Positions 1-8,658 of a stretch of DNA of 22,097 bases are shown piece by piece. The DNA is from Candidatus Heimdallarchaeota archaeon. Lineage in GTDB: Archaea; Asgardarchaeota; Heimdallarchaeia; Heimdallarchaeales; Heimdallarchaeaceae. Positions within the stretch are counted from its first letter, which is position 1. Each line of letters begins with the position of its first letter. A program made the position numbers and the translations under genes. The notes below the pieces were generated by a model. That model made no database searches and had not been told where the DNA came from. It saw only the letters and a list, made by a program, of their open reading frames with translations. The stretch covers positions 1 through 22,097 of the forward strand of contig JAHLWR010000034.1 in assembly GCA_019057815.1 (NCBI GenBank), written 5' to 3'.

Positions 1-124
1 TAGTATTGTAAGTATGAACCTCTTCACCATCGCTCAAGCCATCACTGTCAGTATCATCATTTAAAGGATTAGTATTGTAAGTATGAACCTCTTCACCATC
101 GCTCAAGCCATCACTGTCAGTATC
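1..124. repeat. 69-bp-period coding tandem repeat (DTDSDGLSDGEEVHTYNTNPLND), truncated by the window edge
   Basis: 1-55 and 70-124 are identical 55-bp strings. Confidence 0.95.
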
Positions 125-1477
125 TGTATCGTTAGGATCTGTATTATGTTGATATTCTAGAAGGTTAGTTAAACCGTCACTATCAGCATCTTCAAAAGAA
201 TCATCAACAAGAGGATTTAGGTTGTTATTTACTTCCCAGCCATCGGGCATGAAATCGCCATCAGTGTCATTCAATGATGGATTGGTATGATATACAATTA
301 TTTCTAAGATATCAGCTAAACCATCACCATCTGTATCTTCATATGATAAAGGATAGGAATCGCTAGCTCCTGCAGAACCTTCAATAGCATAAGCTCCTGA
401 ACCAGACCAGTCTGTCCAGTAATTTCCTTTATTTATTGAAATGTTATACCATGTGTTTGTTAGACCATTATCAATAGCTTGGGAAGTTCCTCCTAGGTTA
501 TTAAATATGAAATAATTGTGATAAATGATGTTTTTATAGGAATTATAATCTAAGTAAATCCCATAATCTTCATTTTCTTGTAAAAAATTATCAGTAATAA
601 GACAAGAATCAGAAGAATACAGAAAGATACCATAGAGATTGCTTGTACAATTGTTATTGGTAAGAGTAGCATCGGAAGAATACTGCAGACCGATACCATT
701 CTCGTTGTTTGTACACGTGTTATTAGTAAGAGTACAACCAGAAGAATCCCCTAGATGGATACCTCTGTAGTTGTTGTTGGTACAAGTGTTATCAGTAAGA
801 GTAGAGCCAGAAGAATACTTACAATAGATACCATAGTAGTAGTTGTTGGTACAAGTGTTATCAGTAAGAGTAGAGCCAGAAGAATACCACAGACAGATAC
901 CATAGAGATAGTTGAAACTACAAGTGTTATTAGTAAGAGTAGAGCCAGAAAAACCCCCTAGATGGATACCTCTTTTATTGTTGGTACAAGTGTTATTAGT
1001 AAGAGTAGAACCAGAGGAATAATACAGATAGATGCCATCAACGGTGTTGTTGGTACAAGTATTATTTATGATTGAAGCGGTTCCATCAGCAACATTGTTA
1101 ATGTAAATTCCATAGTTTCCTGCATCCACATAACTGTTTCTAATAACAAAATACCTTGTTGTGCCTTTGATGTAAATACCATTATCACTTGAACTTATAA
1201 TTTCATAATTTCCAATGATATAGGGATCAATCTCTGTGCCTGAACCAGGAAAACCATAAGAAATAAAATCGCTGTCAGAATCTATCTCAATGGGTTCATG
1301 CGGTGTTAAATCAAAAGAAAAAGGATTTTCTAAAACACGATCAAATACTTTCATTAAATGGTAACTGCTACTGGGTGATGTAGCAATTTCTGTCTCTAAG
1401 TTAAGAGAAAAAAGAATTAAAGAAGCTACAATTATCCCTACTATCAGTTTGTTAGAAAAAACTATTCTCCTTTTCAT
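1..1477 (-). CDS. Secreted/surface protein with right-handed parallel beta-helix (NosD/PbH1-like) repeats followed by DxDxDG Ca-binding repeats; 3' end runs off the window
   Basis: Not in the ORF track. Manual translation from ATG at 1477 is open to position 1. It reads MKRRIVFSNKLIVGIIVASLILFSL (signal-like), GFPGSGTEIDPYII, (STLTNNTCTNNxxxGIxLxxSSG)n, GNYWTDW...DSYP, then DTDGDGLAD/DTDGDFMPDGWE/DTDSDGLSDGEEV repeats. AAGGT precedes the start. Confidence 0.9.
   Translation of the reverse strand, partial: MKRRIVFSNKLIVGIIVASLILFSLNLETEIATSPSSSYHLMKVFDRVLENPFSFDLTPHEPIEIDSDSDFISYGFPGSGTEIDPYIIGNYEIISSSDNGIYIKGTTRYFVIRNSYVDAGNYGIYINNVADGTASIINNTCTNNTVDGIYLYYSSGSTLTNNTCTNNKRGIHLGGFSGSTLTNNTCSFNYLYGICLWYSSGSTLTDNTCTNNYYYGIYCKYSSGSTLTDNTCTNNNYRGIHLGDSSGCTLTNNTCTNNENGIGLQYSSDATLTNNNCTSNLYGIFLYSSDSCLITDNFLQENEDYGIYLDYNSYKNIIYHNYFIFNNLGGTSQAIDNGLTNTWYNISINKGNYWTDWSGSGAYAIEGSAGASDSYPLSYEDTDGDGLADILEIIVYHTNPSLNDTDGDFMPDGWEVNNNLNPLVDDSFEDADSDGLTNLLEYQHNTDPNDTDTDSDGLSDGEEVHTYNTNPLNDDTDSDGLSDGEEVHTYNT
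605..1078. repeat. ~7 tandem 66/69-bp coding repeats (beta-helix rungs)
   Basis: 773-818 and 842-887 are identical over 46 bp. 748-766 equals 955-973 (19 bp, offset 207 = 3x69). Confidence 0.95.
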
Positions 1478-1613
1478 TTTTTTACCTTAATTATTATAAC
1501 AATAATACTACCCAACAGTTGCTAATAAACTTTTTCCAATCTTGATTAACAAGTTGATAATTTCTGCTAGAACTTAGAAGTTTTAAAGCTTATGTTTTTC
1601 CTTTCATTGACCA

Positions 1614-2417
1614 ATGTTCAAAGGAATCAATAAAATTAACGAATATTTTAAAAATAAGAATGTTGTTATTGCCATTTCTGGAGGGTTAGATAGTACTGTT
1701 TTGTTTGAGCTAGCAAAAAAATCAGCTGAAAAATCATTAGGAATTATAGTTAAAACAGCTTTTCTACATGAGCACGAATTCCAGAACGCTTTAGATTATC
1801 TGAATAATCAGAACAATGATTTTAGAATAGTTGAAGCTGATTTGTTTAAACATCCAAGAATTACTGAAAATGACCGAAACAGATGTTATTATTGCAAAAA
1901 AGCTATCTTTAGTTCAATTATTGATTCAATCAAAGATTATGATTATGATTTTATAGTTGACGGTTCAAATTACTCTGATTTAGCTGATTATAGGCCAGGT
2001 ATTAGAGCCTTAGAAGAGCTAGGAATCAAAAGCCCTTTTATTAAATTTAAAATTACAAAAAATACTATTCGTCAGATGGCCAAGCATCTCAACCTTGAAG
2101 TAGCAAATAAACCGGCTACAACTTGTTTAGCAACTCGAATTCCTTATAATACCACAATATCTGTGGATAAATTGGCACGAATCGAAAAAGCAGAAAAAAT
2201 AATTCGGAATTTGGTAAATGTCAATAATTTGCGTGTCAGAGACCACGATACTATTGCTAGAATTGAAGTTGCAGAAGAAGACTTAGATATCTTATTAAGG
2301 AGAGATATAAGAACAAAAATAAACGAAGAATTGAAGAAAATCGGTTATTTGTATGTAGCTATTGATATAGAGGGTTACAAACAAGGATCTTTAAACCAAA
2401 CTATCAGGAGAAAATAA
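1614..2417 (+). CDS. larE: ATP-dependent sulfur transferase LarE (NPN cofactor biosynthesis), tri-Cys [4Fe-4S]-type
   Basis: PP-loop SGGLDS, RCYYCK, DGSN...DYRPG, CLATRIPY, RVRDH...ARIEV, GYKQGSLN; adjacent to larC/larB. Confidence 0.92.
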   Translation: MFKGINKINEYFKNKNVVIAISGGLDSTVLFELAKKSAEKSLGIIVKTAFLHEHEFQNALDYLNNQNNDFRIVEADLFKHPRITENDRNRCYYCKKAIFSSIIDSIKDYDYDFIVDGSNYSDLADYRPGIRALEELGIKSPFIKFKITKNTIRQMAKHLNLEVANKPATTCLATRIPYNTTISVDKLARIEKAEKIIRNLVNVNNLRVRDHDTIARIEVAEEDLDILLRRDIRTKINEELKKIGYLYVAIDIEGYKQGSLNQTIRRK

Positions 2418-2418
2418 A

Positions 2419-3648
2419 ATGAAAGCACTAATAGTAGATCCAAGATTAGCTGGATGTTCAGGAGATATGTTTCTCTCAGCTTTTATTGATTTAATAGACA
2501 ATAATAACATTCTTGATGAAGTAATTCTAAAAATAAATCAATTATTTCAAACAGGTCTAGAAGTAAAAACACACATTATATCTAAGAAAGGAATCAAATC
2601 TACACATCTAGAACTAAAAATAGATCAAGATATAAAAATCCGTCATGCAACTGAAATTGCTGATTTAATGGATAAATTAATGGATAATTTAGATATCACA
2701 GTTAACACTAAGAAACTAGCTATCTCGATTCTTAACGCTCTTTTTCAAGCAGAATCAGCTGTTCATAATACCCCTATTGAAAAATTACATTTACATGAAA
2801 CTGCAAGTATTGACACTATTCTAGATATTGCTGGGACAGCCTATATAATTGAAAAAGCAGGTTTATCGAATGTTCCAATTCTTGGACTTCCTGTTAATAC
2901 TGGCAGTGGTTTTATCAATATTGCTCACGGAACAGTAAGTGTTCCTCCACCAGCTGTTTTGGAAATTCTAAGAAACAACGATTATAGTTTTTTCAGTGAT
3001 AATGTCAAAGGAGAACTTCTAACACCTACAGGGGTTGCTATTTTGGCTACTATTGTTTCAAAACAGATAACAGATTTTCCACCCATCACTATTAGTAAAA
3101 TAGGGTATGGAGCTGGAACTAAAGAATTAGAATCAAGAGCTAATGTTCTTCGATTAATCCTAGCTGATATCCCAGATGAAGAAAGCAAACACTACTTAAC
3201 AATGCTAGAAACGCACTTAGATGATGTTTCGGGTGAAATATTGGGAGGAATAGTATCAAATCTCCTTGAGATGGGTGCTTTGGATGTTTCTTATTATCCT
3301 TTAATTATGAAGAAAAACAGACCAGGATGGACCCTCAGGATAATATGCGATGACGATAAATCCTCTGAACTAGCTCTTTATGTTATGAAGGAATTAGGAA
3401 CATTGGGAGTGAGAGAAAAAAGGTTTGCTAGATATGAATTAGAAAGGCGAGTTGTAGAAAAAAAAGTTATTATAAACAAGAATGAGTATATTTGTAGATA
3501 TAAAGAACGTATTCTAAACAATGAAATCATCGGAGCAAAACCCGAATACGAAGATCTAGCTAAGATATCAAAAGAACTAAAAATACCTATTATAGAACTT
3601 GAAAAAGAACTTCTACGCCAATATAAAGGGAATGAGGATTTAGAATGA
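2419..3648 (+). CDS. larC: Nickel insertase (cyclometallase) LarC, single fused ORF
   Basis: AGCSGDMFLSA, AESAVH...HLHE...DTILDIAG, HGTVSVPPPAV, GELLTPTG, GYGAG, ETHLDD, MKKNRPG, TLGVR, KPEYED. Confidence 0.92.
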   Translation: MKALIVDPRLAGCSGDMFLSAFIDLIDNNNILDEVILKINQLFQTGLEVKTHIISKKGIKSTHLELKIDQDIKIRHATEIADLMDKLMDNLDITVNTKKLAISILNALFQAESAVHNTPIEKLHLHETASIDTILDIAGTAYIIEKAGLSNVPILGLPVNTGSGFINIAHGTVSVPPPAVLEILRNNDYSFFSDNVKGELLTPTGVAILATIVSKQITDFPPITISKIGYGAGTKELESRANVLRLILADIPDEESKHYLTMLETHLDDVSGEILGGIVSNLLEMGALDVSYYPLIMKKNRPGWTLRIICDDDKSSELALYVMKELGTLGVREKRFARYELERRVVEKKVIINKNEYICRYKERILNNEIIGAKPEYEDLAKISKELKIPIIELEKELLRQYKGNEDLE

Positions 3649-4445
3649 ATAAACGAGAAATTCTAGAAAAGCTTGTTGAAGGGAAAATCACCTTAGAAGA
3701 GGCTGAATCATTACTTTCTAACACTAAAATAGAGGAAATTAATGAAATAATAAAATACGATCTACTAAGAGAAAAAAGAACTGGTATTCCTGAAATAGTT
3801 TATTCTGAGAATAAAGAACCAGAAACAGTTATTGAAATAGCACAAAAAGTATTGAAGAAGAAATCTGCTATTCTACTTTCCAGATTAACTCCAAAACATG
3901 CCAAAGCTATTAAAGAATTAGCTGATGACTTTGCTCTTGACTTTGGAACAGGAGAAAAATTCTGTCTAATAAAGCATAAAAACTATGAGTTTGAAAAAAA
4001 GGGAGGTAAAGTTGGATTGATAACAGCTGGTACATCCGACATCCCTATCGCTCAAGAAGCTAAAATTGTAGCTGAAATGATGGGTTGCGAAACCTACATG
4101 ATAAATGATGTAGGAGTAGCAGGGATTCACCGTTTATTTGAACCACTCAATGATCTACTCGAGAAGGAAGTTGATGTAATCATCGTTGCTGCTGGGATGG
4201 AAGGAGCACTACCAACAGTAGTTTCAGGTTTAGTTGATATTCCAGTAATAGGTTTACCTATCTCAGTAGGTTATGGATATGGGGGGAAAGGAGAAACAGC
4301 TCTAATGAGTATGCTCCAAAGTTGTAGTTTAGGATTAGCTGTTGTAAATATAGATGCTGGAGTGAATGCTGGAGCTTTTGCAGCGAAAATCGCATTAAAA
4401 TCGCAAAAAAAGGTAGATGAAAATGAACATAGTAATAACAGGTAG
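3645..4445 (+). CDS. larB: NaAD carboxylase/hydrolase LarB (PurE-like)
   Basis: REKRTGIPEIVY, TAGTSDIPIAQEA, DVGVAGIHRL, AGMEGALPTVV, PISVGYG, MLQSCSLGLAVVNID; ATGA overlap with larC. Confidence 0.93.
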   Translation: MNKREILEKLVEGKITLEEAESLLSNTKIEEINEIIKYDLLREKRTGIPEIVYSENKEPETVIEIAQKVLKKKSAILLSRLTPKHAKAIKELADDFALDFGTGEKFCLIKHKNYEFEKKGGKVGLITAGTSDIPIAQEAKIVAEMMGCETYMINDVGVAGIHRLFEPLNDLLEKEVDVIIVAAGMEGALPTVVSGLVDIPVIGLPISVGYGYGGKGETALMSMLQSCSLGLAVVNIDAGVNAGAFAAKIALKSQKKVDENEHSNNR

Positions 4446-5223
4446 TACAAAAGGGATAGGTTTAGCTTTAGCTAAAGAGTTTCTAAGATATGGAGATAAT
4501 GTTGTCATTTCTTCACGTAATCAGGAACTTGTTGAACAAAGAGTAAGTGAATTGAAGGAGAAGTTTCCAAAAAACGAAATTTATGGTACAAAATGTGATG
4601 TCACCATAGTTGAAGATATAGAAGAACTTGCATCTTTTGCCAAAGAAAACTTGAAGATAATAGATTTCTGGATAAACAACGCTGGAACAAACGGTGGTGA
4701 ATACAAGGAATTAACAGAAGTATCTGATAATACTCTAAAAACAGTTTTAACAACAAATTTACTTGGAACACTTCGAGGAACTAAGATAGCTTTAAATTTA
4801 ATGAAACCTCAGGGGAATGGTCATATTTTTAACATGGCTGGTTGGGGAGCAGGTGGAAGACCAAGTCCTAAACTAGCGGTTTATGGAGCTTCTAAAGCTT
4901 CTGTACCTCAATTAACTAAATCTCTTGTAAAAGAAACAAAAAAATATAATGTTGGAATCCACTATCTTAATCCTAGAATGGTAGTAACTGAATTCTTAGC
5001 TCAGCATGTTAATAAGGAATCAGCTAAAATTTTTAACATTCTAGCAGAAAAGCCTGAAAAACCAGTCAAGTACTTAGTTAAGAAAATGAGAAAAATAAAA
5101 GGTACTGGAAAAAGCCTGAGCTATTCATCATCTTTACAAATTTTCTGGAAGTTTTTGACTGCTTCAAAAAGAAAAAATAGATTTTTTGATGAAGAAGGAA
5201 CACCTCTCATAGATATCAAATAA
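4417..5223 (+). CDS. SDR family oxidoreductase, chlorophyll(ide) b reductase NOL/NYC1-like
   Basis: TGSTKGIG, WINNAG, YGASK (YxxxK). NOL-like strings: EFLxxGDNVVIxSR, GTKCDVT, GHIFN, GRPxP, NILAE, RKNR. Overlaps larB by 29 bp. Confidence 0.85.
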   Translation: MKMNIVITGSTKGIGLALAKEFLRYGDNVVISSRNQELVEQRVSELKEKFPKNEIYGTKCDVTIVEDIEELASFAKENLKIIDFWINNAGTNGGEYKELTEVSDNTLKTVLTTNLLGTLRGTKIALNLMKPQGNGHIFNMAGWGAGGRPSPKLAVYGASKASVPQLTKSLVKETKKYNVGIHYLNPRMVVTEFLAQHVNKESAKIFNILAEKPEKPVKYLVKKMRKIKGTGKSLSYSSSLQIFWKFLTASKRKNRFFDEEGTPLIDIK

Positions 5224-5229
5224 AATCTT

Positions 5230-6015
5230 TTATTTCTTCTCTATTCTTCCAACAGGAGCAATATAAACTGTAAACTCGTCTTCTCCGTCCAATTCGAATA
5301 ATTCATCGCATATTTGTTGATTATAAGCTGCTATAGCACAGGTGCCAACACCTATAGATTCAGCTGCTAGATATAGATTCTGACATATGTGCCCAGCTTC
5401 AATGGCTATAACTTTACTAGAAGTTATACTGTAACGCCATTCCATCCTGTAAGGTATTACAGCCCAAACAAAAATTACTGCTCCCTTAGGAATGAAACCT
5501 TGATTAGCTATCTTTGTTAGTTTATCTGATTCAATATCGTCTTTTCCCTTCAAGTAGAGTAATTTGTGTTCTATAGCTAAATAGCGATACAAACCAGATT
5601 CTAGATCTTCGACTCGATTAACAATTAGATATGTTTCATACGGATGTCTTGCGCCACCTGAGGCTACAACCCTCCTAGTTCCTGAGCCATGATGTTTTGT
5701 AACTTCATGAACACCTTGTGTCATCCATAAGAGCAAAGATAATTCTTCAAATGTTAAAGATTCATCTGTAAATGCTCTTCTACTTCGTCTGTTCAGAAGT
5801 GTTTGATGTAAAGTTGTTTCTTTTCCAATATTTATTTTTTCTATATGAATTAAATCTACTATTTTTCCATCTTTGGTGTAAGGTTTCTGCAAAGGAGGAT
5901 TTGGAACTTTTTTTTGTTGATCAGTTTGGAAATTTTCAGGTTTTGAGTACATATCATCATCAAAAACCTTCAAAATTCTTCGAAATTTATTTACAGTTTT
6001 CTTATCAATTACCAT
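5230..6015 (-). CDS. SagB/ThcOx family dehydrogenase (FMN nitroreductase fold)
   Basis: NRRSRRAF, ELSLLLWMTQG, ASGGARHPYETY, WRY...EAGHICQNLYLAAESIGVGTCAIAAY. Confidence 0.88.
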   Translation of the reverse strand: MVIDKKTVNKFRRILKVFDDDMYSKPENFQTDQQKKVPNPPLQKPYTKDGKIVDLIHIEKINIGKETTLHQTLLNRRSRRAFTDESLTFEELSLLLWMTQGVHEVTKHHGSGTRRVVASGGARHPYETYLIVNRVEDLESGLYRYLAIEHKLLYLKGKDDIESDKLTKIANQGFIPKGAVIFVWAVIPYRMEWRYSITSSKVIAIEAGHICQNLYLAAESIGVGTCAIAAYNQQICDELFELDGEDEFTVYIAPVGRIEKK

Positions 6016-6067
6016 GATAATATTTTCTTTAACACTCGTTTATTAAGTTATTTTTCTAATTTGATTT

Positions 6068-6122
6068 ATAGAAAAGGTCAAAAAAATAGATAGTATAATC
6101 TCTAAATTTTAATACACTTCTT
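6068..6122. repeat. Direct repeat P1 (copy of the region upstream of smsC)
   Basis: Matches 9589-9642 at about 50/55 columns (4 mismatches, 1 gap). Weaker similarity continues to ...caatgaa (6145 vs 9663). Confidence 0.9.
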
Positions 6123-6280
6123 GCCCTGCTGGAGTTCCCAATGAAATAGAACTTAAGTAATCAATAATCATTAAAGAGACAATAAATCCTTGGATTATGT
6201 ATGTCTTTTGCAGCTTAGATGTCATGCTTTGCTTTATTTTGTTTTTACTCTTAAACAAGAAAAAAAGAAGAGATAAGAAT

Positions 6281-6372
6281 TTAAGGTTCTTTTCTCGAAA
6301 CAACCATTGCAGCTAAAGCTCCCATAAGAGTTATAGGAAGAGTTGTCTTCATCCAATCAGGATAGTCAGGTG
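6281..6372. repeat. Direct repeat T1 (last ~30 codons of the DUF3160 gene)
   Basis: 83/92 identical, ungapped, to 8566-8657. Confidence 0.93.
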
Positions 6373-8470
6373 GAGTTGTATCTAACATTTCCTGCCATTC
6401 TTCGTCACTTAAACGATTAGAAACAGTCTGGGTAAATTCATAATAGCTGAAAGTTCCTCCTCTAGCTAGTCTAAGATTTCCTTTGTGATCTTGAATAACA
6501 ACATAAATAACGAAAGGGTCTCCTGTACCAACTTCTAGAACTTGCATAGAATTTGGATCAGTATGAACATCTGCTATCACGGCCATCCTGTCATCAGCTC
6601 CACTAACCCATTTCTCATATTCGGGGTCATTGAAATTAGCAAGAAATGAAATTGTTTTTCCAACATTGTTTATGTATATAATATCTTCTTCCGTCAAATG
6701 TTCATTTTCCAACTCTTTTACACTTATTTCAGCAAGATTCTGGAAAATTTCTTCGATGTCAGCAAGCTTACTAGAAAAACCATCAATCAACAATCCTCTT
6801 TTCTCAAGACCTTCTCTTAGCATTTTCACTAAGCTTGATAACCTAGAATAGAGTTCAGGATAAGGTTCAACATAACCGTTTGGTATAGTTGGAATGCAAC
6901 CTAATTGTGTGTATGACTGTTTTGCATAAAGTATAGTGTCATGTCTGAGTTCAGCCCATGATCCCAAAGCTGTCATAAGAGCTTTGTCTGACCAAGCATC
7001 ACTGAGCATGAAACCAGGATAACCTTCTGAAGCAGGTTCCAGAAGGGGGAAAAGCGAATATAACCACATCCAATAGAGATTCTGAGTCCAATCATAAGAA
7101 GTTAAGTTGTTGAATTCTGTTCTTAGTTTTTGGATCTGACTTTGATATTCAGGATAATTTTCAACATCCTCTTGAGTATAATTAGCAGCTCTTGGACTAC
7201 CAAAAACAGAGAAGACATCCAAACCAGTTGGCATCAAACGCATGAAAACCTTATTATGTACTAGCTGTTGGAAAATGTAAGAATCAGGAATGAATCTTTG
7301 ACCCATCAATCTAAAACCTTGAGTAACATTTTCAGCTTCAAAATTATCCATAATTATCATAGAATTGATTTTAGGTCTACGATAGTTCTTAGCATCATCA
7401 ATAATACTCTCAATTAATAAGGTATTAGCCAATTCATTTCCTGCAGGAGCACTGTTATTTTGCCAAATAGTGTACATCTCTTCAGCTGTGAGATCATCAC
7501 TTGCTCCGACATAGAAGACCGTGGGTTCGTATATTCGATCAAAATAATCCCAAACAGTTTCACTTTCTCCAATTGTAGTATTGAAAGATGATATTAGCAA
7601 CAATGCCATTCGAGTATGTTCTATACCCATTTCAGGTTCACCACTAGGACTCTGAAATTGGAAACCCATCCTACCAGCATATATTACTGCTTTAAAGTAG
7701 TTTCCGAGAATATCGTTTCTAGTGTAATGCCCTCTAACCTTGTACTGCGAATAATCTTCCTCATAGCCAAAAATGGCTGAATTTGAAAATTCTAATGAAT
7801 TGATTTTATCCAATTCAGTTAAAGTCAGTTCTTCTACTTCAACAGGTATAACATTAGTTTCATTTAACAAGAAAAGCATTACTGATAGATAAGCAATGTT
7901 TTTCGTTATCGCATCATGAACAACACTCTCAGTTACTGTCGAGTTTAAGGCAATTTGAGAGTCTCTTAAAGCTATCAACATTGATTCAAAATCGTCAAAA
8001 AAGCGTTCTCCTTCTAGAATTCTTAAGCTTACATCATATAAAACATGAAAAGCGTGAAGACACAAGTCCGTCGTAATGAATTTTGGGATTTCATCATCTG
8101 AATCGTATAAGTCGTAAATATCATCATAACCTTCATCTATGAGAGCAAAACCATAGTTGGCTAATAATTCCTCAATTTCAGGTGACAGTGATAATCCTTG
8201 TTTATCAACGTTAGTCAATCCCTCTTTAATTTCTGTTGGTTTTATTGAAGGTGTATAATCTTGTGTTAAGGGTGTATATGTACTAAAGGAAGTCTCTATT
8301 GGTGTTATTATAAGATGAGTTGCAGCTGTATCAGAAATAAGCGATTCACCTTCCCAATCTGAGTTATTATCCCAGAGATTCGGTAAAAAAATAACCATGT
8401 TCGTTATTATTGCTATAGAAATTATAATCGCTGACGAAATTAGTATTAATTTTTTTTTCATAATTTTCAT
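6281..8470 (-). CDS. DUF3160 domain-containing membrane-anchored/secreted protein
   Basis: FITTD, YSQYKVRGHYTR, FRLMGQRFIPDS, SWAELRHDTILYAKQSY, GYVEPYP, IADVHT, GGTFSYYEF; N-terminal TM/signal and C-terminal hydrophobic + RK tail. Confidence 0.88.
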   Translation of the reverse strand: MKIMKKKLILISSAIIISIAIITNMVIFLPNLWDNNSDWEGESLISDTAATHLIITPIETSFSTYTPLTQDYTPSIKPTEIKEGLTNVDKQGLSLSPEIEELLANYGFALIDEGYDDIYDLYDSDDEIPKFITTDLCLHAFHVLYDVSLRILEGERFFDDFESMLIALRDSQIALNSTVTESVVHDAITKNIAYLSVMLFLLNETNVIPVEVEELTLTELDKINSLEFSNSAIFGYEEDYSQYKVRGHYTRNDILGNYFKAVIYAGRMGFQFQSPSGEPEMGIEHTRMALLLISSFNTTIGESETVWDYFDRIYEPTVFYVGASDDLTAEEMYTIWQNNSAPAGNELANTLLIESIIDDAKNYRRPKINSMIIMDNFEAENVTQGFRLMGQRFIPDSYIFQQLVHNKVFMRLMPTGLDVFSVFGSPRAANYTQEDVENYPEYQSQIQKLRTEFNNLTSYDWTQNLYWMWLYSLFPLLEPASEGYPGFMLSDAWSDKALMTALGSWAELRHDTILYAKQSYTQLGCIPTIPNGYVEPYPELYSRLSSLVKMLREGLEKRGLLIDGFSSKLADIEEIFQNLAEISVKELENEHLTEEDIIYINNVGKTISFLANFNDPEYEKWVSGADDRMAVIADVHTDPNSMQVLEVGTGDPFVIYVVIQDHKGNLRLARGGTFSYYEFTQTVSNRLSDEEWQEMLDTTPPDYPDWMKTTLPITLMGALAAMVVSRKEP

Positions 8471-8519
8471 ATTGAAAACCTACTTAAATTACTGTATGAA
8501 AATAACATATTAACACTTC

Positions 8520-8539
8520 TTGTGTTTCAATCAACACAA
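8520..8539. promoter_or_regulatory. Perfect 7-6-7 inverted repeat upstream of the DUF3160 gene (operator or hairpin)
   Basis: TTGTGTT-tcaatc-AACACAA, 50-70 bp upstream of the start at 8470. Confidence 0.35.
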
Positions 8540-8565
8540 ATATTACCTATTTTTAAAAAAAGTAA

Positions 8566-8657
8566 TTAGAGTTCTTTTCTCGAAACAACCATTGCAGCTA
8601 AAGCTCCAAGAAGAAACATAGGAAGAGTTGTCTTCATCCAATCAGGGTAGTAAGGTG
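8566..8657 (-). repeat. Direct repeat T2: orphan copy of the DUF3160 3' end (gene remnant)
   Basis: Minus strand 8658-8566 reads TPYYPDWMKTTLPMFLLGALAAMVVSRKEL*, versus PPDYPDWMKTTLPITLMGALAAMVVSRKEP* in the intact gene. Confidence 0.92.
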
Positions 8658-8658
8658 T

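Noticed and set aside
755-961. 68-aa plus-strand ORF from the track
   Set aside because: Antisense shadow of the repetitive beta-helix gene.
605-1078. 69-bp-period repeats with variable interiors as a CRISPR array
   Set aside because: Units are multiples of 3 within an open frame encoding beta-helix rungs, the variable parts are homologous to each other, and no cas genes are present.
6281-8657. T1/T2 repeat pair as a diversity-generating retroelement VR/TR
   Set aside because: It sits at a gene 3' end like a VR, but the nine mismatches are not confined to adenines of either copy on either strand, and there is no reverse transcriptase in the window.
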